The notes below the pieces were generated by a model. That model was given only the letters and a program-made list of their open reading frames with translations. It was not told where the DNA came from and searched no databases. Positions 1 to 13,465 of a stretch of 64,000 nucleotides of DNA are shown here, piece by piece. Numbering within the stretch: the first letter of the stretch is position 1; every line of letters starts with the position of its first letter. Location: contig NC_043012.1 in NCBI RefSeq assembly GCF_006345805.1, positions 12,648,001 to 12,712,000 of the forward strand. Direction: 5' to 3'. The translations under genes and the position numbers were made by a program. Origin of the DNA: Octopus sinensis. Lineage: Eukaryota.

Positions 1-544
1 TCGAGAAACGAAATTGTTACAAGATAATATTTATCTGCTGAAGGAGACATTACTACTAAGAAGATGGCAGCAATTAAAGGTTTTCAGCAGCAACTACGCT
101 TTACTCTATAACATGTATAGCTAGAAGAAACAGACGTATATAAACAAAAACGCGTATACTTACACGTACACATGAAAAATAGAAACACCAGGCCTACAAG
201 ATAAAATGCAAATACAGTTATATATCACAACATACGTACATTATCTAAAGGAAGAACCCACGTGTTAATAATCATTCCAAAAGCTTAACCTCTTGAATGT
301 CACTTATTACCTTTACGTTATTATCATTCGACAGTTTGGAAGAGAGGTGAAGGGAAAAAATGAAACGGTATTGATGGTGAAAATAATCGGTTTGATTCTT
401 ACTCCTAGCATCATTTTACAACGAAAATATATATTTTAAAAAAAATCATAATTATTTGCTGTCTTTAGGTTTTATTCATTCGCATAGAAAAAAAAATCAT
501 GGAAACAATAACCTCAAATATTGGGACAAGCCCGACGGAGGGGC

Positions 545-712
545 TAAGTCGATTACATGGACCCGGTGCTCAACTGGTACTCATTTTATCAACCCCGAAT
601 TGATAAAAGGCCAAGCCGACCTCGGTGGAATTTGAACTCAAAACATAAGGAGAGACGAAATACTGCTTAGCATTTTGTCCAGAGAGCACACGTTTCGGCT
701 AGCTCACCGCCT
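545..712 (-). mobile_element. tRNA-derived SINE (CORE-like, octopus OR-type), degenerate
   Basis: Minus strand reads aaggcggtgagctagccgaaacgtg...gagttcaaattccaccgaggtcgg...ggggttgataaaatgagtacc: A-box-like head, B-box (GTTCAAAT) and a core shared with other copies in the window. Confidence 0.7.
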
Positions 713-1071
713 TAAAGAATCGAGAAATAATACAATTAATTAAATGCAGTTTATTACACTTTGTAAAAAAAATGCACTGTTGAAAATACAGGAAACACTT
801 CTCCTGTCGACATTTGAGACTAAAGGAATTTTTTTTACCGAAATTGATCACTACTTGTTGGAAAAGGAAAATGTTGGGGAGTCAACTTCGACCGCAAATC
901 AAGAAGTGTGTCCCCTCAGGGGATCCGGTGCCTTTTAGCTTCCTTCCACACCACAAGTTTTAGTGTAGTTATCTAGCCTTGTAAGACGATTCACAGACGA
1001 AAAGGCCACATCAATATAAAACCTACTGCTTGCTGGTCACTACACCAGACTTAGCTACATATATATATATC

Positions 1072-1107
<36 letters not shown>

Positions 1108-1413
1108 TATACATATACATTCACGTATTCTTTCTCTCCCCCTCTCTCCCACACACATATGCATAAACATAAATATTTTGTTTAGGCTTGGGTCATAAGA
1201 CTAAAAATGAGATCAGACGTGAGAAAGCTGACTTTCAAATGATAAAATTATGGCACCTGCGACATTTGATACCAGTCAGAAAGCAGTAAAAACGTACACA
1301 TAAAGTGATAATTTTTTTGGCAATTTCGATAACGGGTATTCCAATTGCTGAATCAACGAAGCTACCAACTGTTTTCATGCATATATTTGTCTATCTTTCG
1401 AGATATATATATA

Positions 1414-1447
<34 letters not shown>

Positions 1448-2371
1448 CGACAGACACACTTACGGAAACAAACGCTCGCACATACACGCATACCCAAATA
1501 AACGCGGATGCACATGGACTTCTCTGCGCGCGTTAATTCGTTGTTTGTACATTTTCCATTCTGGGAGAAACACACAAGTTTTCACTATTGATCTGTGCCT
1601 TGCGATTGTGCAGAACCATTTCAGTGTGGTAATAACAAACTTAGACACAAAAGCAAGGAATCACACACAAGACAACAACCTCTGTCGTTTGGTAGAAGCA
1701 ATTACCATGGACAAAATGAGATATAAATCAAGATTTATTACTCGGATAACAATGTCATAAACTCACTAATTATATAAGGTGTTTCCGGTAAATGAATAAA
1801 ACTTGATGAGTAACCCTTGTTCTTTTGTTTTCAATGAAACCTATTTGGAGGAAGTGAATAACGTTCAACGTTCATGTTATCTACAGAACAGGAAACGGCA
1901 GTGTGGTTCTGCAATTAATGTGTGTGAGTGTGTGCGTATGTTTGGTTAATCTCTCATATAGTTATACGTATTATATATGTATATATGTATATATGAATGC
2001 ATATATGTATTATTTATGTATACACACAGATATGTGTATATAAATATATATATATATATATGAATGCATATATGTATTATATATGTATACACACAGATAC
2101 ATATATATATATATATATATATATATGAATGCATATATGTATTATATATGTATACACATACACACACACACATATATATATATAAGACATAATAACAGCT
2201 TTAAATACTCACATTATATCTGGGACAATCATAGCATGTGTAAAGAATACGCAATTATGTTTATAAGCAGGTACGTGCGCATGTTTGTATGTATAAGAAT
2301 GTAAGTATGTATGTCCAGACTATGCCAGTGCTTTACACAACACATTAGCACAGTAACTAACCTATTAGTTT

Positions 2372-2442
<71 letters not shown>

Positions 2443-2445
<3 letters not shown>

Positions 2446-3160
2446 TTATATATATAAAACTGAGAATGTGTGTCTGTCTGACTGGGTGTGTTTCCCTAAA
2501 ACTTGAGATCTACACAACCAATTTCATTCAAATTTTACACATGCCTGACTTAGGGTCCATGTAGTTTCATGGGCAAAAAGATGTTCAACTTCTTGCCTAG
2601 AGCGAGCCCATAGCAATATAATATCTTCTCCACTATTTCAGTATTACGTGTTAAAAGTGAAACAAAAATATTTTATGTCAGATGCTTTCACTTTAACAAT
2701 AAAAATAATAATAACAATTGAATTATATGTAGTAAGTAACAATTAAAATCAAACTAAAGTATAATATAATCGTAACATACAAAAGTAAAAATAGCAATTG
2801 GTATAAAATTGCATCAATGATTTGAACTTGAATAAGTGGTTTCACATGAATGGGAATAACTTAAAAATATAATTAGCGTGCAGAAATGGAATAGTCCAGA
2901 TGGATAATAAAAAATTAAATTAAAGAAAAGACCATTGTCTATAAAGTATACAAGGTAGAGAAAAAAGAAGAGCTAACAATTCCAGTCAGTTATATATTTT
3001 GAGTATTGTAATCACTAGCGATATCAAGATATAACTTTGTATTTTGCATTTTATGTGTAGATGTATATATTTAGATGTGCATGTAATATGTACACATATA
3101 TATACACATATATACATGCACTAGCACTATGACCCGGCAACGACGGGTCTTTAATGCTAG
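2443..3160 (+). mobile_element. Non-autonomous Helitron-like element
   Basis: 5' A|TC (tctttatatataaaac); 3' GC-rich hairpin gacccg-gcaacga-cgggtc 7 nt before CTAG|T; inserted in (TA)n; no TSD. Confidence 0.65.
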
Positions 3161-3178
3161 TATATATATATATATTAT

Positions 3179-3209
<31 letters not shown>

Positions 3210-3406
3210 CTATATATATATATATATACATATATACATATATATATACTGTTGTGTCTGGGAATAGTCATTCTATTTCAGTGCCTTATTATTTAACACA
3301 TTCACCGGTAAAGTTTCCACTCGTTTACTTATTACATTTACCTATAATTTTCACTTCATGTAGCAAACTTTTCGATAGTCCTTGACTATATTTACATATA
3401 TATCTC

Positions 3407-3461
<55 letters not shown>

Positions 3462-3467
3462 ATAATA

Positions 3468-3528
3468 TTAGGGAGTAAATTAAAACTTACGGGAATAATT
3501 AGATTTAGGATTAAATCTAATTTTACAG

Positions 3529-3570
<42 letters not shown>

Positions 3571-3720
3571 ATATATCAAATTAGATATAAAATTAGAGAT
3601 AAAACCACTATTAGGCAAATCAAACAGTGAAAAATATAATGCAAAACATAGAAATAAAATGAATTAATACGATATACAAAATATATAAAATATAAAATTA
3701 GAAATTAAAAAAATATTAAT
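3468..3720 (+). repeat. Interspersed repeat; second copy inverted at ~53270-53475
   Basis: ataattagatttaggattaaatc...aaaccactattaggcaaatcaaacagtgaaaa matches the reverse complement of 53270-53475. Confidence 0.75.
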
Positions 3721-3854
3721 TATTAATTTATAATATAAATTTATAAATTTATATATATATACATATATATATATATACATATATATTTATTGATATATTT
3801 AATTATATATTTATTTATTTGTTTTCTTTTATTATATTAAATATATAACTATCA

Positions 3855-3886
3855 ACAAGTATTAAAAATAATATTTAATCACACAC

Positions 3887-3947
<61 letters not shown>

Positions 3948-4888
3948 TACACACACATATAAATGTTTCTGTATGTGTATCTATGTCTATAATAATGATA
4001 GGCAGAGTTGAATCAACGTCATGAAGAATGAGATTACCGTGCAATTTTCATTTCTGCCCACTGATTCTCGTTCAGCCATGCTTAGTCCTCCCCTAAGCAC
4101 TTTTGTATTGCCAATTTATTATTTTCCTTCGTTGTCGCTCATTCTCATTCCTTTATCATTTAAAGTTTATTAGGTCAACGCTTTTTCGTTCTGCCCAGAG
4201 CCGATTTCTTCCAGGAGTTTACCACGATGTCGTTAAAGTGATCCTCAGAAACTTTAAGGGCGCCACGTACGTTATTACATGCATATATACGTAAATGCTG
4301 ATGAAGAACATTCATGTATATGAAATTTATACAAAATCCACAAAGACTACAATATAATACAATATAATATAATATAATATAATATAATATAATATAATAA
4401 TATATATATATATTATATTATATTATATTATATTATATATATTATATTGTATTATATTGTAGTCTTTGTGGATTTTGTATAAATTTCATATACATGAATG
4501 TTCTTCATCAGCATTTACGTATATATACATGTAATAACGTACATGGTGCCCTTAAAGTTTCTGAGGGTCACTTTAACGACATCGTGGTAAACTCCTGGAA
4601 GAAATCGGCTCTGGGCAGAACGAAAAAGCGTTGACCTAATAAACTTTAAATGATAAAGGAATGAGAATGAGCGACAACGAAGGAAAATAATAAATTGGCA
4701 ATACAAAAGTGCTTAGGGGAGGACTAAGCATGGCTGAACGAGAATCAGTGGGCAGAAATGAAAATTGCACGGTAATCTCATTCTTCATGACGTTGATTCA
4801 ACTCCGCCTATCATTATTATAGACATAGATACACATACAGAAACATTTATATGTGTGTGTATATTTATATATATATATATATATATAG

Positions 4889-4920
<32 letters not shown>

Positions 4921-4953
4921 GTGTGTGTATTAAATATTATTTTTAATACTTGT
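3855..4953. repeat. Giant inverted repeat, ~550-bp arms, centred on (AATAT)n/(ATATT)n
   Basis: ORFs 4103-4294(+) and 4515-4706(-) are near-identical; arms are alignable by eye with a few substitutions. Confidence 0.95.
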
Positions 4954-5129
4954 ATATATATATATATTAATATATATATATATATATATACATATATATA
5001 TACAGAGAGAGCGAGAGAGATAGATAGATAGATAGAGAGATAGAGAGGGAGAGAGAGAGAGAGAGATAAATATTTATATAAGTATAGATATGAAGAAATT
5101 CAAACAGTTATTGATTGTTATTTGCTTAA

Positions 5130-5724
5130 CACTTCGTCTACCAGAGAAAATATGTTACTAATTACCAACTGGGTCCAATGGACTCAATATTTTTCTTTTA
5201 ATTAAATTTTATTCAAACTGACACTATTTCTTAGCTACATAATATATGCTATCAGGCGAATGAAGAATGAAGAATTACTGTTTCTCACAAATTTTATATA
5301 AAATTATAAATAATGTATTATAAATTTTAAAAATTACAAAAATACAGAATTACAGCTCTCCATGGCAGTCAATGCTGACAACTTTGGAATGTCCTTGGCA
5401 CGACTTGAATATTCCATTTCTTACATGTATTACGAGTTTTTCTGCCTGTTTTGGGGTCGGGAGAGGGTCACACAAAGAACATCTTCCTTTTTCTTTGGCA
5501 CTTGTAGAACAACCATGTTGTAGAATATAATCACAGGCCATCTTCGAGTCATGAAATTTTCTATCTTGTATGTTACACAGAAAATTTCCCATTTGACAAA
5601 TGAAAGAGAGTCAAGAAAAAATAAGAGTCACGGGAAATCAACAGAATGAAATAATATTAAAAAGTAGATAAGAGCAACTGAAAAAAACTGAAATGGGTCC
5701 ATTGGACACGTTACAAGACAGAAT
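5130..5724 (-). mobile_element. Non-autonomous piggyBac derivative retaining the transposase C-terminal Cys-rich domain
   Basis: TTAA at 5126-5129 and 5725-5728; subterminal gtcca(a/t)tggac at both ends; minus-strand frameshifted KGRCSLC..RKTRNTCKKWNIQV-CQGHSKVVSIDCH matches the piggyBac CRD pattern. Confidence 0.7.
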
Positions 5725-5758
5725 TTAAATTATGTCAAAGTTTGATACGCCTAAGCAT

Positions 5759-5794
<36 letters not shown>

Positions 5795-6151
5795 ACATAT
5801 GTTAATCAGAATAAGCAACAAGGATATCCAGAGGTAATGCAGCATATTATACACCTAATTCTATATCGAATTAGATGTAACTTCCAGGAAGGTGATAGCT
5901 ACTACAACAATCACACTTAGCAATGGAGATTGCTAATTATTCGATTATAATTTAAAGGGTGCGAGAGCGGAGAATGTGCACTCATACAACATGCATTTGG
6001 AAGCCAATCTAATCTTCTATTACGCAGCTCAAAGGTGCAAAACATGTGTAAAAATATACAACTTAGCTTTTCTAATATCAAGGAAAGCTACTCTAAGCTA
6101 TGTGTGTGTGTGTTATATTTGAGCTACATAAAACATACGTTTTATGTATAC

Positions 6152-6194
<43 letters not shown>

Positions 6195-6765
6195 GTGTGT
6201 GTTTTGAGAGAGAGTGAATGAGTGTGTGTGTATATGTGTGTGTATGTGTAAGCGTGTATTAGCTATATCAATCGTGTTCTCTTTATTTGAAAACGATTAA
6301 TTTAATACCTCATGAAATTTCTACATTCTAGAAAACTAAAAACATAATTCTTGCAGGTAAGAAAGAAAAATACAACCCATCTCGTGTGGGTTAATGATAT
6401 GTATAAGCATGAAAAGGAACACACGAGTTGATATATATGGAAAAAAAGTCAAGATAGAAAATGCTAAAATAATTTCATAAAAAATATTTCAGTACCGGTT
6501 TCAACTGTAACAATTAAATAATTAAATTTAGAAAAATTAAAAGAAAAGTTTTTTTAAAAGAATATTTGTATAGTGTTCAAATACAAGTGGCATTTTCCTT
6601 GTTTCTGCCTGTCTCTGTCTCTCTTGTTTACTCTTGTGGGTTCCATGATAGTAGTATTTTGAATGGTCAGTGGATGGTAGCAGTCCCTGTTCAATTCAGG
6701 AAAAATATTTCTTTAGAATGGTTTGTTTATAGAATTTGCGTAGGTGTTATTCTAAAAAGCATTAG

Positions 6766-7134
6766 TTGAGAAGGCGAAGAAGAATAATTTGGGAGTGCCA
6801 TGATAGTAGTATATCGGAGAACCTGATATACACACTAACCTGCTCTGCGTGTCAAGAGCAATACATAGGCCAAACAAAAAATAGTCTACGTAAAAGAATG
6901 GTCCTGCACAGATCCCAGATAAAAATCCCCCAAAACAGAAAAATAGCATTCAGCCAACACATAGACACTTGCGCCAACAAAAATCCAAGCTTTAGAATTT
7001 GTCCCCTGTACCAATTCACGTACGATACAACCTGGAACCAACGAATTAGTAAAGAAACTATCTTTATTACAAAATACAGGCCCCTTTTGAACGCGTCTAC
7101 TACAAACGCCATATCCACCTCGGCCTTAGAATAA
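6766..7134 (+). mobile_element. Penelope-like retroelement 3' fragment, GIY-YIG endonuclease
   Basis: C..S.NLIYTLTCSACQEQYIGQTKNSLRKR...HRSQI...H...C...KETIFITKYRPLLN is the typical PLE GIY-YIG domain and C-terminus. Confidence 0.9.
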
Positions 7135-7254
7135 CACAAATACACACGCAAATATAAAAAATGATACACTCAAGAGATTCCCAAGAATTCATTAAAAAAC
7201 AGAGCCAATCACTGCGATAGTCCATTAGGTGCCTACTTTAAGTCATTTAACAGC

Positions 7255-7982
7255 TTACTACTTTCTACATTCATTCTTATTCTCCCTTTTCTTCTTCTTC
7301 TTCTTCTTCTTCATCTTCTTCTTCTTCTTCTTCTTCATCTGCCTCTTTTTCTTCTTCTTCATCTGCCTCTTTTTCTTTTTTTTCTTCCTGTCTGCTTCTT
7401 CATCTTCCTCTTTCTCTTTTTCCTCTCCTCCCTTCATCTTCGTCCACTTATTCTTTTCCCTCGCGTTCTTTATCCCCTTAAGGCTCTCCTTATTATCATT
7501 AATACTTTATGACCTCACTATAATTTAGCAACAAGCCGTAGGCATCTTCGATTAATATCATTTTGAACGTACCCACCATCGACACAAACTATATCGTATC
7601 ATCATTATCTATAGTTTTTTTAGCAAATTCCCCAACTCACATCATTACTTTACAATGATAATCACTACATTCATCTTCTCCATTCTCCTCCTCCTCCTCT
7701 TCTATGACATTCTCATAATAAATATCTGAATAATTAATGGAATAACAAACATTGCTGTCAACCGCTTCCTCCTATCGCTCGTCAACATCATCATCAACAT
7801 CGTCGTCGTCACCATCATCGTCAACAACACCACCAAAACCACCACCACCAAAACTACCGACACAACGACGACGACGACGACCATCATCATCACCACCACC
7901 ACCACCATCATGATAATTTTCTTCGTCCTTCTGCTTACAATCTATTTACTGCATCTTCTTTATCATCATCATCATCATCATT

Positions 7983-8016
<34 letters not shown>

Positions 8017-8200
8017 CCATCATCATCATCATCCCTTTGTTAATATACATGATGACAGGAGTCACGATAACAGTAGTGCTGGAGATGGTAGTTATTATGA
8101 TGATGCTGATGATAATGATGATGTTAATGACGACGATGACGACGACAAGGATGATGATGATGCTGCTGATGATGATTATGATTATATTGATGAAATTCTA
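7255..8200. repeat. Trinucleotide mosaic (TCT)n/(CAT)n/(GAT)n
   Basis: Direct reading. Confidence 0.9.
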
Positions 8201-8573
8201 ACAATGGAATTCATTTTCCGCTCATTTCCAAATAATTAGAAGAAGCGTATAATCAACCAAGTGGGTCACAGGTTGATTATACAATTTCATCGACCGAGAA
8301 CACACGAAATTAATTCAAAGATAGCTTTGGTGTAATTTGCTATCAAAGTTTAAATCGATTAAGAATACAGATTACTAGTAACAATAATAGTAAATGCAAT
8401 ACCCACGTGACTATTAGCCACAAGTTTTCAAAATTGTAAAAAAAACAAAATAATGCGTGTCACAAAATCACAAAACGAGTTACGAGATATGTTGCATTAT
8501 ATATATATATATATATATAGATATATATATATATATATGTATGCATGTATGTATGTATTTATGTATGTATGTG

Positions 8574-8612
<39 letters not shown>

Positions 8613-8734
8613 TATATATATTATATATATATATATATATGTATGTATATATATATATATCGATAAAAATGGTAAGACAACAAAACAATGAAAGGTACCT
8701 CGATATTATGCGAATGATTTAATTTATCTGTAAA

Positions 8735-8933
8735 TATAATATATGACAATTATTCTGTAGCCAAGATAAAAATCCGAGATTCGGATTCCGAGGTGGAAAT
8801 CCACGCCTCCATCTCTTCAGTTATCCGGCCGAAAAGTCTCCTGATGGCCGGATAATTGAAGAGATGGCGGCGTGGATTTCCACCTCGGCATCCGAAACTC
8901 GGAGTTTTATCATGGCTATCGAATAATTGTCAC

Positions 8934-8941
<8 letters not shown>
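8735..8941. repeat. Fold-back element, ~95-bp arms, 15-nt loop, hammerhead motif in each arm
   Basis: 8735-8830 is the reverse complement of 8846-8941. Confidence 0.95.
8847..8916 (+). ncRNA. Type I hammerhead ribozyme motif (C3U variant)
   Basis: Stem I gataa/ttatc; core TTGAAGA 8856-8862; long stem II; GAAA 8894-8897; minimal stem III ACTC-G-GAGT; GUU site. The minus-arm copy has an intact CTGAAGA but GAAT. Confidence 0.65.
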
Positions 8942-8993
<52 letters not shown>

Positions 8994-8996
<3 letters not shown>

Positions 8997-9677
8997 TGGA
9001 TCTTAAGAACATTCAGAACCAGAGATAAGGAAACCATGATGGTCCTCTGGCGGACATTCATCCTCAGCCGCCTGGATTACTGCTCACAGCTAATGACACC
9101 CACCATTGTAAAATTAACAGCGGACCTTGAAGCAATCCAGAGACGATTCACAAAGAAGATCGTCTCTTTGCAACAGCTCAGCTACTGGGAAAGTTTGAAA
9201 CAGCTAAGACTCTACTCCCTGGAAAGAAGACGGGAGAGGTATGCAGTAATATATGTCTGGAAGATCCTGGAAGAAATTGTGCCAAATCTTGGCATTGTAA
9301 GCTACACCAATGCTAGAACGGGACGACACTTCATAGTGCCAAAAATCCCAGCAATGTCATCACGCTTCAGTACCAGCTTCTGCAACAGCCTGGGTTTCAA
9401 GGGCCCATAGCTTTTTAATATTCTTCCAAAGAGTCTGAGGAACTTGCACAAAGTAGATGTAGCGGTTTTTAAATCAAAGCTGGACATCTTCCTGTCGAGA
9501 GTCCCAGATGAACCTACCTCACGGCAAGAGGTGCAAATGAGAGTAGCTATATCAAACTCCATTCTTCACCAATTGCCACATATTAGACGAGGTTCTTCGT
9601 AATAACAGTGTAGCACAAAACAGCTGTGCATCAGCATGGCGGCAGCTATGAGCTAAAACTCGAGAGAGAAAAAAAAA
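8994..9677 (+). mobile_element. CR1/L2-clade LINE, 5'-truncated 3' end
   Basis: WILRTFRTRD..LWRTFILSRLDYCSQL..LEAIQRRFTK..LSYWESLKQLRLYSLERRRERY; continues FKSKLDIFLSRVPDEP; short A tail. Confidence 0.9.
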
Positions 9678-9829
9678 TGTATTGTGTTCGCTCAACCTTG
9701 AGAATATAATAAAAAAATATCTATGTATATATTTGATTGTATTCTCTCTTTCATTGAACTTAGATATTTGCTCAACATATTGAGCCCTTCCGTGTTATTT
9801 CGTGGGCTTACACGCTTTTATTATTATCA

Positions 9830-9882
<53 letters not shown>

Positions 9883-10029
9883 TATAAATATATATATACA
9901 TATGTAAATGGTGAGTGTCACACACTTGCTGCAGGTTGCATTAGGTTTAATAAATTTAGAATTCATGGCGTATATCTGTTCCTCTGTCTTTTCCTCTATT
10001 TATGTATCGTTTAATCTATGTATGTATGT

Positions 10030-10585
10030 ATCTATGTATGTCAGATCACTTTCGAGTGCTACTGGTAACATGTAACCCAGTACAACCTGTTGCATGGTCG
10101 GGTCGTCGGCTACTAAACCGGCAACCCCTCCAAGCTCGATTGGTGAGGAGGGTGTTAATTGGACACCCTGCGGGATGAAAAACAAAACCCATCAAAGGGC
10201 GGGGGAACTCTTGAGAGTCAACGGCCATCCAATAAATGTCTTAAGGCTGTATCATGCGCGGGAACACAGAATTAATCGGACTGAATACCCGATCGCACGG
10301 TTAAAACATTGGGAGTGAAGGACTCCTAGACTTTGTTACGGCATCCTTCTAGAAGAAGGTAACTCAGGTAACTGGGATAACTTCGACATAAAACCTGCGG
10401 CTCAGTGGTTACCGATGATGTTGACTCGTTCTTCTTTTCGGATTATGGCTGCTGTTGCTTAGTGAGTGGGATTGACTCAGTGCACAGCCTTTCCTCACTT
10501 TAAAAAAAATCTTCTTGCACAGGCATTGCACGATAACAACATTGATTAAGCTTTGTGCAATGGCCATACTCGATAACGAGGGGGC
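10030..10585 (+). mobile_element. Interspersed repeat, possibly an RTE-type LINE 5' UTR fragment
   Basis: GC-richer non-coding block; related short stretch inverted near 1000-1030; no clear ORF. Family assignment is from recall only. Confidence 0.35.
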
Positions 10586-11941
10586 AGCCACCATTTATGT
10601 ATGTATGTATGTATGTATGTATGTATGTATGTATGTATCTATTATCAATCTATCTATCTAGTCTCATGTATGAATTATTCTGGTAATTTGAAATCACATG
10701 TAAGGAAAAAGACGTGCTTATTCTATTCTCTGGGAAGAAGAGGGAAATTGATACATATTGTTATTGCAATACACATCATCTGCATGACAATTACTCTAAC
10801 CTATCTCCAGTAGCCAAGGAACGTAGACATATACCAAAAGTGTAGAACACATATCCGAACTCATTTGCATGAATTAAACAAAATTGAGCAAAGGGAAATA
10901 ATTAAAATTTGTCAGTGTTAAGTTTATGAACATTATAGATAAATACGGGCATCCATGCATAATGATATACCATATTGTTATATAACAGATATTTGAGGAT
11001 GGATAATATTCGTATAATTACTGTGCTGCTAAACTATGTAACTTTTGCGCTGGTTGCACTGATTGGCATTTTGAAAAATAAAAGCAGTCTTTAACTTCTT
11101 AGATGTTGTGTCATCGAAATATGAATGAAAAAACCAATGAATTGACTCTTGATAAGGATTCTAGTCAAGATAACATCTACACTCTAGTCTTGCAATTTAG
11201 TGGTGATCGTGCGACATAATCTGCCTCTGCTTATTAGAATAAGCTTTAGAAGTTATACTATTTTCAAACATGGGAATAATGTGATTCTGCTGCATGCAGA
11301 AGTTGATGATGCTTTATTGGTTTGAAATATTTGTGACGTTTTATGTTCTCTCAAGGCTAGGATCATAAATCACCAGTGAACTTACCATAGCACAGAAAAT
11401 GTTGATCATCTTTACTTAACAGTAGATTACGTAACATGCAATATATGTCAGATGCGATTGTCTATTGGTATTTTGAACAGATATTGAACTATAGGTAGGT
11501 GTGTATTAATCCTGGAGCATTATATCTGCCAAAAGTAAAGTAAGACAAAAGTGAAGTTAAACCTTCAGTGATGCTCAACTCGATTTTTGTATTCTAAGAT
11601 TAGATGATGTTTCTCGATCATAAGTGGCCATCGAAATTTTCGCATTGAATACCAAAGAAAAAAAATTGATTAAGAAGTTAATGACAATCAAACAATTGCT
11701 GAAGCAAGTGATTAGTTAATTAGTTAAGTAGTAAATTAGTGGTGCAAAATTCTTAACAAAAGGAAAATATAGACAGCGTGTGATTTTTCGTTGGCAAAGT
11801 GACCCACGTACAGTAGAAGGGCTTCTTACGCAACCCAACATTTCAAATCAAGATGGCTGCCAAACTAACAGAGAACATACATATTATGATTGTGTGTGTA
11901 TAAATAAATGCCTACATACATCCCTACATCCATACGCATGT

Positions 11942-12014
<73 letters not shown>

Positions 12015-12035
12015 AATACATACGTATTTATGTAT

Positions 12036-12455
12036 GGAGGCGCAGGAGTGGCTGTGTGGTAAAGTAGCTTGCTATCCAACTACATGGTTCCGGGTTCAAT
12101 CTCACTGCGTAGCATCTTGGGCAAGTGTCTTCTGCTATAGCCCCGGGCTGACCAATGCCTTGTGAGTGGATTTGGTAGGCGGAAACTGAAAGAAGCCTGT
12201 CGTATATATGTATATATATATGTATGTGTGTGTGTTTGTGTGTCTGTGTTTGTTCCCCTAGCATTGCTTGACAACCGATGCTGGTGTGTTTACGTCCCCG
12301 TCACTTAGCGGATCGGCAAAAAGAGACCGATAGAATAAGTAGTGGCTTACAAAAAAAAGAATAAGTCCCGGGGTCGAGTTGCTCGACTAAAGGCGGTGCT
12401 CCAGGATGGCCGCAGTCAAATGACTGAAACAAGTAAAAGAGTAAAGAGTAAAGAG
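12036..12455 (+). mobile_element. tRNA-derived SINE (second family, internal TA/TG microsatellite)
   Basis: A-box gtggctgtgtggta, B-box ggttcaatctc, body ...gcttgacaaccgatgctggtgtgtttacgtcccc..., tail aagagt repeats. Confidence 0.85.
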
Positions 12456-12487
<32 letters not shown>

Positions 12488-13158
12488 TATATATATATAT
12501 ATATATATAATTGTATTCGCTTTCTCTAGTATAATATTCATTACTCATGCAAATACTATTTTCTGTATATGCAGTGCTCAAATACACCGACTCGAAATTA
12601 AATCTAAAGATGAATATATACCCAATCTTGTAAAGGAAAATGTAAAAAAAGAGAGAAAAAGAATTAAAAAAGCGTAACTAATGATTATCATTTCAGGTTT
12701 AATGTATATGGGCAACGACACAAAGCTCACCAGTAATCTTATAAAGGAAGCATTGTAAATAAGAACAGCAAAACCAACAGAAGCAAATGATATAGAAAAT
12801 CAATAAAAAAAAATATAATTTATTTTCAGTAGAAGCAGAAAGTTATATCTGTCATATTTTTATTATGATGTATTATTTAGTTCTAATATTGAATATTTGA
12901 AGTATAATCTGAGTAAAATTCAATCATGGAAGGGAATGAGACGTGGCATATTAAATGAAAATGCACGTGTTTCAACAGTAAACGAATATAGGATTAAGAA
13001 GAAAAAAGAAAAACAGAACAGAAACGCAAACTTCTAGAATGCACACATACGCTGACATAGTCGCTTAAACTCACTCCTACACATACACACACAGACAAAC
13101 ACCGCATATATATGCACACATACAGCATAATTATGTATTATATATACATATATCTATA

Positions 13159-13194
<36 letters not shown>

Positions 13195-13406
13195 CATATA
13201 AACACATGCAAATTCATACACATAGAATCCTACATGTATGAAACATGTGCTTACTTGCATTAATAGATTCACATACGCATCACACAAATCTCTGAATATA
13301 GAAATGTTACTGCTCATTTACCTGCACACACACACATATGCATATGCACAGATAAATACACATACACACGCACACTTACATACACACACACACACACCAC
13401 ACACAC

Positions 13407-13444
<38 letters not shown>

Positions 13445-13465
13445 AATACATACGTATTTATGTAT

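Noticed and set aside
12036-12120. tRNA-like sequences (also 22677, 545-712)
   Set aside because: A/B boxes are followed by SINE bodies, with no complete cloverleaf; SINE heads rather than tRNA genes
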